A DNA stretch of 48,808 bases. It comes from a virus (lineage: Duplodnaviria; Caudoviricetes). How positions within the stretch are numbered: position 1 is the first letter of the stretch; each line of letters starts with the position of its first letter. Positions 9,178-17,367 of the stretch are shown here, one piece after another. The translations under genes were made by a program, and so were the position numbers. The stretch is from the IMG/VR virus record IMGVR_UViG_3300017766_004362, positions 1 through 48,808 of that record; one strand, 5' to 3'. Under the pieces are notes generated by a model. It ran no database searches and had not been told where the DNA came from. It saw only the letters and a list, made by a program, of their open reading frames with translations.

Positions 9178-9822
9178 ATGAAGCCGACCGAACTGAACGC
9201 ACTGCGCTACGAGCCCGCCCACGGTGATACGGACGCCGGTCTTCGTCGTCGTCCAACACCGGACTTCGACCCCGAGTGGAGGGTCATCGAACTGCCGCCG
9301 CCCATCGTGAACCACGACCTCGTGCAGGTCGTGAAGGAGATGCGGGAGAACCACCGGCTGCTCGAGGACCCGCAGATCCTCCGTATCCGGTGGGAGGATC
9401 GCGAGGACGTCGAGGCCATCTTCATCAAGGCCCTCGAGGAGATGGGGTTCCGTGTGCCGAAGACCGTGAGGGTCGAGGCCGAGAAACTCAGCGAGCAGCT
9501 CGCGACCATCGGGCTGCACTTCAAGGACAAGTTCAAGCGCATTCGGCCGAACCGCTGGCTTGAGGCGAACGAGCGGACGTTCCGGTTCCCCGAGGCCATC
9601 ACCGGCAAGAGCCCGTCGTACCCGTCGAACCACGCCCTCATCGGCGCGTTCCTAGGGGATTGGTTCGCGAAGAAGTACCCGCGAGCCAAGGACGCGATGG
9701 AGGTGCTCGGCAAGCAGATCGGCTGGAACCGTGTCTCCGCCGGCTTTCACTTCCCCGACGACTACGGCATGGGCCGGGTGCTCGCGAGGAAGCTGTGGCC
9801 GTTGTACCGAGGTGAAGCATGA
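9178..9822 (+). CDS. PAP2-superfamily phosphatase (acid phosphatase / haloperoxidase fold)
   Basis: K-x6-RP (KDKFKRIRP), SYPSNH (canonical PSGH) and R-x3-G-x-H-x3-D (RVSAGFHFPDD). Confidence 0.82.
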   Translation: MKPTELNALRYEPAHGDTDAGLRRRPTPDFDPEWRVIELPPPIVNHDLVQVVKEMRENHRLLEDPQILRIRWEDREDVEAIFIKALEEMGFRVPKTVRVEAEKLSEQLATIGLHFKDKFKRIRPNRWLEANERTFRFPEAITGKSPSYPSNHALIGAFLGDWFAKKYPRAKDAMEVLGKQIGWNRVSAGFHFPDDYGMGRVLARKLWPLYRGEA

Positions 9823-10508
9823 GCGCCATGCTTGTGGCCCTGACGCAGCCCCTCGGCCTTCCGTCCGAGGTCAAGACCGCCGAGGACCTCATCGTCTACT
9901 GCGCCCGGGTGTCGAACCCCGACAACCAGCTTTCCGTCGAAACCGGGGAGCACCTTCTCCGGTACTGCGTGAAGAAGGGGCATTGGTCGGTCTTTGAGAC
10001 CGCGAGCATGACCGTCGAGATTGAGACGACCCGCGCCATCTCCGCACAGCTCCTGCGGCACCGCTCCTTCACGTTCCAGGAGTTCTCGCAGAGGTACGCC
10101 TCCGTCCTCGGTCGTCCGCGTATCACCCAGGCTCGGATGCAGGATGCAAAGAACCGGCAGTCGTCCACGAAGTGCGAGTCGGAAGAGACGCAGTGGTGGT
10201 GGGAGCGCGCTCAAGCCAAGGCGTTTCACGAGGCCGAGGAAGCCTACGCCGACGCCATCGCACGCGGCATCGCGAAGGAGGTCGCTCGCATGGTGCTGCC
10301 CATGGCGACTCCGACGCGCCTCTACATGACCGGGTCGATCCGGTCGTGGATTCACTACCTCGAGCAGCGGCTTGACGTGGCGACGCAGCTCGAGCACCGG
10401 ATGGTCGCCCTCGACGTGGCGGACGTATTCTGCACGAATTTCCCCGTGATTTCCGAGGCCACGGGCTTGAAGCAGAAGTTGCTTGACGGCTGGAACGGCC
10501 TTCGGTAG
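9819..10508 (+). CDS. thyX: FAD-dependent thymidylate synthase
   Basis: YCARVS, GHWSVFE, RHRSFTFQEFSQRY signature and EVARMVLP. Confidence 0.95.
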   Translation: MSAMLVALTQPLGLPSEVKTAEDLIVYCARVSNPDNQLSVETGEHLLRYCVKKGHWSVFETASMTVEIETTRAISAQLLRHRSFTFQEFSQRYASVLGRPRITQARMQDAKNRQSSTKCESEETQWWWERAQAKAFHEAEEAYADAIARGIAKEVARMVLPMATPTRLYMTGSIRSWIHYLEQRLDVATQLEHRMVALDVADVFCTNFPVISEATGLKQKLLDGWNGLR

Positions 10509-10611
10509 AACGCCGGGGTCGCCTGTAGGAGGGCGGCGCAGGGAACCCAGCCACGGTGGACTAGGAACCTGCACAACGTCGGTCGAGCGTAGCTCGACGG
10601 GAGTCGGTCAC

Positions 10612-11055
10612 ATGTCGATGTGGGATGGAATTGAGGCCGTTCAGGCCAACCAGAAGCTGCCGTACCTGAGCAAGGGCTCGTACATCGTCGAGCTGGTCTC
10701 GGCCCTCGAGGGTCTGGGCGGCTTGACCAAGGAGCCGTTTTTCAAGGTCACCATGCGCGTGGTCGAGGCCACGGGCGAGGGCGCGACGGCGGTCGGCACG
10801 CTCGCGTGCTGGGTCACGAAGAAGGACAAGTACAACTACTACTTGCGGGACATCAAGAACTGGGCGGCGGCCGTTCTCGCCGTCCCGTCGTCCGAGGTCA
10901 CCGCGGCGCTCGTGCAGGGCATCTGCTCCGAGCCCGAGGCCGTGGGCACCCGCTTCCTCGTGCAGGTGGACGTCGAGGCCAAGAAGAACGGTCTTGGCGA
11001 GGTGACGAAGTACCGCTTCTTCGCCGCCCCGACCTCCGAGCAGGCCCCGTTCTAG
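10612..11055 (+). CDS. Putative single-stranded DNA-binding protein
   Basis: Located upstream of the polymerase; beta-rich (GSYIVELVS...FFKVTMRVV); C-terminal tail SEQAPF resembles SSB xxPF tails. Confidence 0.5.
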   Translation: MSMWDGIEAVQANQKLPYLSKGSYIVELVSALEGLGGLTKEPFFKVTMRVVEATGEGATAVGTLACWVTKKDKYNYYLRDIKNWAAAVLAVPSSEVTAALVQGICSEPEAVGTRFLVQVDVEAKKNGLGEVTKYRFFAAPTSEQAPF

Positions 11056-11087
11056 GTTCGTCGAGCATTGAGGGATGCTCGCTCCAT

Positions 11088-11178
11088 GTCGCCTGTCCCC
11101 GTCCGAGGTCCGGCTCGCGGTCTTCCCTCCCGCGAGTTACGGCCCCTACCCTCGGACGGGTGACGGGCGGCTCTTTTT
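11088..11178 (+). terminator. Long nested hairpin followed by a T-tract (terminator or RNA processing site)
   Basis: GTCGCCTGTC-CCCGTCCGAGG pairs with CCTCGGACGGG-T-GACGGGCGGC; inner CTCGCGG/CCGCGAG stem; then TCTTTTT. Confidence 0.6.
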
Positions 11179-11213
11179 CGTCCGATGCCGTAGGGGCATC
11201 GCCCGAGGGACAC

Positions 11214-11315
11214 ATGCTGGTAAAAATTTTCAGGGCGTTTTTCCCAAAGCCGTTGACCGAGACCGAACGTCGCTGGGCCACGTTGCTCGCCGTGTCGTGT
11301 GAGCGTGTGCGATGA
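11214..11315 (+). CDS. 33-aa ORF coupled to the polymerase
   Basis: CCGAGGGA RBS; stop overlaps the pol ATG (ATGA). Confidence 0.5.
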   Translation: MLVKIFRAFFPKPLTETERRWATLLAVSCERVR

Positions 11316-13360
11316 ACCTCGTCGCCTTCGATACCGAGACGCACCTTATCGAACCGGGGCTGCTCGCCCCGAAGCTCGTGTGCGTGTCCACCGCCACTGA
11401 CGAGGATTCTGCCCTCCTCGACCGCTACGATGGCACGGACTTCGTCGAGGATTGCTTGCGGAGCGAGGACACGGCCCTCGTCGGACACAACGTCGCCTAT
11501 GACCTCGGGGTCATGTGCGCTCGTCGAGCGAGCCTCATACCGCTGGTCTTCAAGGCTATGGACGAGGGCCGCGTCTTCGACACGAAGATTCGGCAGGAGC
11601 TGCTCGACATCGCTTCGGGCCGCAGCCAGCGCAACGGTGCCACGTTCGCCATGCGCGGCGGCGAGTGGGTCAAAGCCGCGTACTCTCTCGCCGGTCTCGC
11701 CGGTCAGTACCTCGGCAAGGACCGCTTCGCCGAGAAGGCGGACGCCGATGCGTGGCGCATGAGGTACGCGGAGCTCGACGACGTGCCGGTGGAGTCGTGG
11801 CCCGTCGAGGCGACGAAGTACGCACTGGAAGACGCCGAGGACACGCTCGCCATATTCCTCGCTCAGGGCGGACTCGGAGGCATTCAGCCCACCGAGCACG
11901 ACCAGGTCCGAGCGGCATGGGCGCTGCACCTCATGTCCATGTGGGGCGTGCGGACCGACCCGTCGGCCGTCGATGCGCTCGAGAAGAAGCTGCTCGAGGA
12001 GCAGGCGCGTCTTCGCAAGCGGGTCATTCAGTCCGGCCTCCTCGTTCCGAAGAAGCTGCCGAAGTCCGAGGAAAACGACGCCGAGTTCTGGTCTGAGGAA
12101 GTGAAGCGGAAGAAGGCCACAAAGAAGGACCTCCAGCGACCGATGGACGGGTCCGAAGGACCGGAAATCGAGTGGGAGAACGGGCAAGCCTACGTCGTGA
12201 CGCGAACTCAGGTCCCGTGCCGGTGGGCCAAGGACTCCAAGAAGCTGGAGATGTACACGCAGCGATACCTCGCGAGGCGTGGACAGGACCCTGAGCTGAC
12301 GGCTACGGGGCGCGTCTCGACGGCGAAGGACACGCTCGTGCAGTCCGGATCGAAGCTGCTCGAACTCGTGGCCGATGGCGGCGGCGTGGACAAGGTCCTC
12401 GGTACCTACGTTCCGGTGCTTCGGGACGGGACGAAGATTCCGGTCAACGCCCGGTTCAACGTCCTCGTGAACACGGCCCGCACCAGCTGTGAAAAACCAA
12501 ACCTGCAAAATTTACCTTCGGGCCGGAAGGTCGGCGGGACCCGCGAGTGCTTCGTGCCTCGCCCCGGCTACGTCTTCGTGAGCGTGGACTACGACACGCT
12601 CGAGCTTCGGGCGCTGGCCGAGGTGTGCCTCCTGCTCTTCGGCAAGAGCGAGATGGCCGCAGCCATCAACGCTGACCGGGACCTCCACAGCCAAGTCGGC
12701 GCGACCATGCTCGGGATGCAGTACGAGGAGGTCGAGAAGGGCAAGAAGGTCAAGGGCTCGCCGGCCAAGGTTGCCAGAGACGCAGCCAAGGTCTTCAACT
12801 TCGGCGCTCCCGGTGGCCTCGGGGCGGGAAGTCTCGTCGACTACGCCCGTGCCGGGTATGGCGTGACGCTGACCGAGACGCAGGCGCGGGAGATGAAGGC
12901 GCAGTGGCTGCGTGCGTGGCCCGAGATGACCTCGTACTTCCAGTGGATTAACGACCACGTCGGTTTGGGCGAGGCCACGCTCGTGCACCCCGTCACGGGC
13001 TTCGTCCGAGGGGACGTCGGCTACACGGACGGGTGCAACCACCTCTTCCAGCACTTGGCCGCTCAAGGAGCCAAGCGGGCGCTCTACCGTGCCGCGCGCG
13101 AGGCGTATGCCGAGCCGTCGAGTGCGTTCTTCGGATCGAGGCCGGTGGTCTTCGTGCATGATGAAATCATCGCCGAGGTGCCGGAAGGCAAGTTGCACGA
13201 GGCGGCGTTCCGGCTCTCCGAGATCATGGTCGAGGCCATGAGCACGGTCATCCGTCGTGTCAAAGTGTCGGCCTCGCCGGCGGCCATGCGGCGGTGGACG
13301 AAGGAAGCCACGGACAAGTACGAGAACGGCAAGCTCATTCCCTTTGAGGACGCCCGATGA
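11312..13360 (+). CDS. polA: Family A DNA polymerase with 3'-5' exonuclease domain
   Basis: Exo motifs FDTET, GHNVAYD and YALEDAE; PNLQN; motif A DYDTLELR; motif B RDAAKVFNFG; motif C VHDE. Confidence 0.95.
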   Translation: MNLVAFDTETHLIEPGLLAPKLVCVSTATDEDSALLDRYDGTDFVEDCLRSEDTALVGHNVAYDLGVMCARRASLIPLVFKAMDEGRVFDTKIRQELLDIASGRSQRNGATFAMRGGEWVKAAYSLAGLAGQYLGKDRFAEKADADAWRMRYAELDDVPVESWPVEATKYALEDAEDTLAIFLAQGGLGGIQPTEHDQVRAAWALHLMSMWGVRTDPSAVDALEKKLLEEQARLRKRVIQSGLLVPKKLPKSEENDAEFWSEEVKRKKATKKDLQRPMDGSEGPEIEWENGQAYVVTRTQVPCRWAKDSKKLEMYTQRYLARRGQDPELTATGRVSTAKDTLVQSGSKLLELVADGGGVDKVLGTYVPVLRDGTKIPVNARFNVLVNTARTSCEKPNLQNLPSGRKVGGTRECFVPRPGYVFVSVDYDTLELRALAEVCLLLFGKSEMAAAINADRDLHSQVGATMLGMQYEEVEKGKKVKGSPAKVARDAAKVFNFGAPGGLGAGSLVDYARAGYGVTLTETQAREMKAQWLRAWPEMTSYFQWINDHVGLGEATLVHPVTGFVRGDVGYTDGCNHLFQHLAAQGAKRALYRAAREAYAEPSSAFFGSRPVVFVHDEIIAEVPEGKLHEAAFRLSEIMVEAMSTVIRRVKVSASPAAMRRWTKEATDKYENGKLIPFEDAR

Positions 13361-14109
13361 AGGTCTACTTCGTCGGTCCTCCCGGCGGGTCCATGTCCCT
13401 CTACGAGCAGCAGATGAAAGGGCAGCGCGTTCTCTACTCGTATGCCACCTGCAAGTACATGGACGTTCCCGAAGGTGCTGCCGGATATTGCCTCGACTCC
13501 GGCGCATTCACGGTCTGGAAGAAGGGCAAGACCATCAACATGAGCAAGCTGATTGAGTGGTACGAGCGCCACGACACAGCCGACTTCAAGCTGATGCTCG
13601 ACGTCATCGGTGGCAGCGAGCAGGAGCAGAAGCACAACTTGAGTCTGATGGAGCGTGAGGGTCAGGACGTCGTGCCTGTGTTCCACGGGCCGGGTGCCGA
13701 GTCATGGGAGTGGTTCGACGAACTGTGCAAGCGATACCCTCTCGTCGCCATCGGGTCGTTGCTTCCCGACAACACTTCGGCCGCCGCTACGGCATGGCTC
13801 CAAGACGTCTTCGACCGGGTGTGTGACCCGTCTACCGGCCTGCCCAAGTACCGCATTCACGGTCTTCGCATGACATCGCGCATGGGCGACTTCCCCTTCG
13901 CGTCGGTCGATGGGTCGGCCTGGGTGACTGCCGCCAAGAACGGTCGTTTGCCGGTTCGTGGTGGCGGTCAGACCGATGCGCCCATCGGCTTCACCAGAGC
14001 GGAGTTGCAGGACATGTGGATTCGGGCGTGGACTCACGCCCCGAAGTGCGAGACCTATTTCCCCCGCAAGGAAAGCAAGCAGTTGTCCATGTTCAAGGAG
14101 GCACGATGA
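13357..14109 (+). CDS. tRNA-guanine-transglycosylase-like protein (DpdA-like DNA deazaguanine transglycosylase candidate)
   Basis: LDSGAF, LDVIG, PVFHG, AIGS, IHGL and SVDGSAW correspond to TGT-fold motifs; adjacent to queD. Confidence 0.75.
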   Translation: MKVYFVGPPGGSMSLYEQQMKGQRVLYSYATCKYMDVPEGAAGYCLDSGAFTVWKKGKTINMSKLIEWYERHDTADFKLMLDVIGGSEQEQKHNLSLMEREGQDVVPVFHGPGAESWEWFDELCKRYPLVAIGSLLPDNTSAAATAWLQDVFDRVCDPSTGLPKYRIHGLRMTSRMGDFPFASVDGSAWVTAAKNGRLPVRGGGQTDAPIGFTRAELQDMWIRAWTHAPKCETYFPRKESKQLSMFKEAR

Positions 14110-14546
14110 GACTCACGAAGCGGTACTACTTGGAGTGCGCCCATCAGCTTTCGGGTCTTCGCCCGAACCACAAGTGCATGAGGCTGCACGGTCACAACTA
14201 CATGTTCGACCTCACGGTCGTTCCCAAGATCAAGGCCGAGAAAGACGGCGAGGACTGGGAAGTGATGAAGAACGGGATGGTCGTGGACATCGAAGAACTT
14301 GACGTCATCGTGGCCCCCATCTTCAAGAAGATCGACCACACCTTCCTCAACGAGTCGTTGAAAGACGGCACACCCGCTGGGGCTATTGCCGCTGCTCAAC
14401 CCACGGCCGAGAACATCGCGACGTACCTGTGGGAAAGGCTCAAGTTGCTTCGCAAAGATCCTCGATTCTGCCTCGTGAACGTCCGTGTGTACGAAAACAA
14501 CGACATGTGGGTCGATGTTGGCATCGACTCGGGAGCTGCTCAATGA
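14106..14546 (+). CDS. queD: 6-carboxy-5,6,7,8-tetrahydropterin synthase (QueD/PTPS family)
   Basis: AH, C-x3-HGH (CMRLHGHNY), DHTFLN, PTAENIA and VYE; AAGGAG RBS. Confidence 0.92.
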   Translation: MRLTKRYYLECAHQLSGLRPNHKCMRLHGHNYMFDLTVVPKIKAEKDGEDWEVMKNGMVVDIEELDVIVAPIFKKIDHTFLNESLKDGTPAGAIAAAQPTAENIATYLWERLKLLRKDPRFCLVNVRVYENNDMWVDVGIDSGAAQ

Positions 14547-15634
14547 AGTTCGCCACCCAGAAGAAGACCCTGCTCGCGACCCTGCACAAGGCTGCGTCCG
14601 TCACCGAGCACAAGAACACGCTGCCCATCCTCGCGGCGGCGAAGCTCGAGACGCTGAGCAACGACCTCGTCGTTCAAGCCTACGACCTCGAGGTCGCCTA
14701 CACGGGCGCGGTGTCCGGTGAGACGACGAAGGAAGGGAAGGTCGCGGTCAACGCCAAGGCCCTCGTCGCCATCGTCGGTTCGCTGCCCGAGGGGAAGGTG
14801 GAGCTGGCCGTCGAGAAGACGAAGCTCGTGGTCCGGTCGGGTGACATCGAGTTCAAGCTCGCGACCTTGCCCGTCGAGGAGTACCCCGCGGTGCCCGAGC
14901 CGAAGGACGGCGTCACGTTCCCCGTGAAGACCGAGGCCCTGCGTGCGACGTTCGAGCGCGTGGCCTACGCGGTGTCGTTCGACGAGACCCGCTACACCAT
15001 CAACGGCACGTTCCTCGAGGCGTCGAGCGGGGCCCTGAAGGCCACGACCACGGACGGGCATCGTCTAGCACAGCACGTCGTCGAGGTGGCGCGGGCGGAA
15101 GACACGGGCGGCGGTGTCATCGTCTCGCGCAAGACGGCTGCGGTCCTGCTCAAGGCCCTCGACGGGAAGACCGAGGCGTGGGACCTGACGGTGAGCGAGA
15201 ACACCATCAACATCTGCTCGGAGAGCGAGCACATCCAGGCCCGTCTCATCGACGGCCAGTTCCCTCAGTACGAGGCCGTCATCCCGAAGACCGAGGGTCC
15301 GGGGGCGTCGTTCGATAGGAAGGCCCTGCTCGCGGTCATGGGCCGGATGAAGATCGTGAACGAGAGCGTGGACTTCCGGGTCGAGGACGGGCGCATGACG
15401 CTCTCGACCATAGATCCGTTCGACGGCGCGACCGCGACCGAGTGGTTCCCGGTCACGCCCGAGGTCACGAAGTGCAAGTTCCGCCTGAACGGCGCGTACC
15501 TGCGCGAGACGCTCGGTTCGTGGACGTGCGACCACGTCACGGTGCACTTGCCGGCGGACGACCTCACGCCCATCCTCGTGGTGAACGGCGAGGACGCGAA
15601 GGCATTCTGCGTCATCATGCCCATGCGGAGCTAG
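14543..15634 (+). CDS. dnaN: DNA polymerase III beta sliding clamp
   Basis: TLPILA, YDLEV, EEYP, DETRYTING, TTDGHRLA, RLIDGQFPQYEAVIP and C-terminal VIMPMR; full ~363-aa length. Confidence 0.93.
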   Translation: MKFATQKKTLLATLHKAASVTEHKNTLPILAAAKLETLSNDLVVQAYDLEVAYTGAVSGETTKEGKVAVNAKALVAIVGSLPEGKVELAVEKTKLVVRSGDIEFKLATLPVEEYPAVPEPKDGVTFPVKTEALRATFERVAYAVSFDETRYTINGTFLEASSGALKATTTDGHRLAQHVVEVARAEDTGGGVIVSRKTAAVLLKALDGKTEAWDLTVSENTINICSESEHIQARLIDGQFPQYEAVIPKTEGPGASFDRKALLAVMGRMKIVNESVDFRVEDGRMTLSTIDPFDGATATEWFPVTPEVTKCKFRLNGAYLRETLGSWTCDHVTVHLPADDLTPILVVNGEDAKAFCVIMPMRS

Positions 15635-15637
15635 GCG

Positions 15638-16849
15638 ATGCGCTACCTGTCCGTGTGCAGCGGCGTCGAAGCCGCATCCGTAGCGTGGCACGACCTCGGC
15701 TGGACGCCGGTCGCGTTCAGCGAGATCGAACCCTTCCCGAGCGCGATCCTCAAGCACCGTTTCCCCGACGTCCCGAACCTCGGGGACATGACGAAGTACA
15801 AGGAGTGGCCCATTGAGCCAGGCACAGTTGACGTTCTCGTGGGCGGAACCCCCTGCCAGTCGTTCTCCGTCGCCGGTCTCCGCAAGGGACTCGACGACCC
15901 CCGAGGCAACCTCATGCTCGTCTACCTCGGGTTGGCAGAGCATTTGCGAGTCCCTTGGCTGGTCTGGGAAAACGTCCCCGGTGTCCTGTCGTCGAACGGA
16001 GGACGGGATTTTGGAACCTTCCTCGGGGCGCTGGGCCAACTCAATTATCAGTTCGCCGTGCGGGTCTTGGATGCTCAATACTTCGGAGTTCCCCAGCGAC
16101 GCCGTCGAGTCTTCGTTGTCGCGAGTCTTGGTGACCGGCCCCATCCCGCCAAGGTTCTTTTTGAGCCCGAAAGCCTGCGCGGGGATTCTGCGAAGAGCGG
16201 CAAAGCGCGGAAAGGCCCTGCCCGAGGCGCTCGACCGGGCGCTGAGAGCGGTGGCCGAGTCGGCGTAGACATCGTCGGCACTTTGTGCAGCGACACACAC
16301 CCCGGCGCGTACTCGGGACAGGACGCCTACACGGGACGGCTGGTGCCGCATATCCAGCCCGTGTGCGCCACCGGCCATCGGACCCACGCTCTGACGGTCT
16401 CGGACGGTGCCACCGAAGACGGCACGGGTAGAGGGACGCTGATAGTGCCGGCGATTGCATTCCACCCTACGCAAGACCCCATCTCCTCGGTCGAGGTCAA
16501 GCACGCGCTCGGCACGGGGTCGAAGGGCGGGTGTGCGACGGCAGCGGTGGCGACGGTCACCGGCACCCTTGGCGCGAGAGCCTCGTCGGGAGGCGGCTTC
16601 TCGACGGATTTCGAGGTCGCGGGTGGGTTGCAACCCACGCCCACTATGCAGGTCCGAAGACTCCTTCCGATAGAATGTGAGTTTTTACAGGGTTTTCCTG
16701 CGGATTGGACGCTCATCCCTTGGAAGGGCAAGCCCGCGAGCGAGTGTCCCGACGGCCCTCGGTATCGCGCGATGGGGAACAGCATGGCCGTACCCGTGAT
16801 GCGATGGATCGGCACGAGGCTCGACGCTCTCGTGAAGGGGACGCTGTGA
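15638..16849 (+). CDS. DNA (cytosine-5)-methyltransferase
   Basis: Motif I CSGVE, IV GGTPCQSFS, VI WENVPG, VIII PQRRRRVF, IX RRLLPIECEFLQGFP and X GNSM. Confidence 0.95.
   Translation: MRYLSVCSGVEAASVAWHDLGWTPVAFSEIEPFPSAILKHRFPDVPNLGDMTKYKEWPIEPGTVDVLVGGTPCQSFSVAGLRKGLDDPRGNLMLVYLGLAEHLRVPWLVWENVPGVLSSNGGRDFGTFLGALGQLNYQFAVRVLDAQYFGVPQRRRRVFVVASLGDRPHPAKVLFEPESLRGDSAKSGKARKGPARGARPGAESGGRVGVDIVGTLCSDTHPGAYSGQDAYTGRLVPHIQPVCATGHRTHALTVSDGATEDGTGRGTLIVPAIAFHPTQDPISSVEVKHALGTGSKGGCATAAVATVTGTLGARASSGGGFSTDFEVAGGLQPTPTMQVRRLLPIECEFLQGFPADWTLIPWKGKPASECPDGPRYRAMGNSMAVPVMRWIGTRLDALVKGTL
15813..16268 (+). CDS. Overprinted +1-frame ORF inside the MTase (resembles alternative-frame MTase beta polypeptides)
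   Basis: AAGGAG 7 nt before TTG 15813; 151 codons; C-terminal FFLSPKACAGILRRAAKRGKALPEALDRAL. Confidence 0.6.
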   Translation: MSQAQLTFSWAEPPASRSPSPVSARDSTTPEATSCSSTSGWQSICESLGWSGKTSPVSCRRTEDGILEPSSGRWANSIISSPCGSWMLNTSEFPSDAVESSLSRVLVTGPIPPRFFLSPKACAGILRRAAKRGKALPEALDRALRAVAESA

Positions 16850-17367
16850 TCCCGACCCGCACCTACCCCCACCTCCTCGCCCTCGACCCGGGCCTTCGAG
16901 GGTGCGGTCTCGCGTACTTCGACGCGAATGGCGTACTCCTGACCGCGAAGTACCTGAAGAACCCCGTGAAGAAGGGCGGCGGACCCGAGGCGTGGCTCGG
17001 GTTCGTCGAAGCCATGCCCGTGGACCTGTGGCGCGTCGAGCACTTCGTGAGCGAGTACCCGCAGGTCTACCGTGCCGGTGCGTCGAAAGGCGACCCGGAC
17101 GACCTGCTCCAGCTCGCGAGCGTCGTCGCCGTGTTCACCGCGAACGTGGTCGCGAAGGACTACCTCGCGGTGCGTCCGAGGGAATGGAAGGGATCGGTGC
17201 CGAAGGACGTGCATCACGCGAGGCTCGTGAAGGCGCTCGACGACCACGAGAAGCTCATCGTCGAGGAGTCCGCGCCGCCGAGTCTGAGGCACAATGTGCT
17301 GGACGCAGTCGGGATAGGGCGATATTTTTTCCGAACGCATCGTAGGGGTGCGTCGAGGGCAACATGA
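16846..17367 (+). CDS. RuvC-like Holliday junction resolvase
   Basis: LLALDPGLRGCGLAY, VSEYP, PREWKG and HNVLDAVGIG; GTGA overlap with the MTase stop. Confidence 0.8.
   Translation: MIPTRTYPHLLALDPGLRGCGLAYFDANGVLLTAKYLKNPVKKGGGPEAWLGFVEAMPVDLWRVEHFVSEYPQVYRAGASKGDPDDLLQLASVVAVFTANVVAKDYLAVRPREWKGSVPKDVHHARLVKALDDHEKLIVEESAPPSLRHNVLDAVGIGRYFFRTHRRGASRAT

Noticed and set aside
10510-10610. tRNA or known riboswitch
   Set aside because: No cloverleaf or T-loop consensus, and no aptamer I can recognise, including preQ1
11312-13360. 2-aminoadenine (Z) genome polymerase
   Set aside because: No PurZ or DatZ-like gene recognisable
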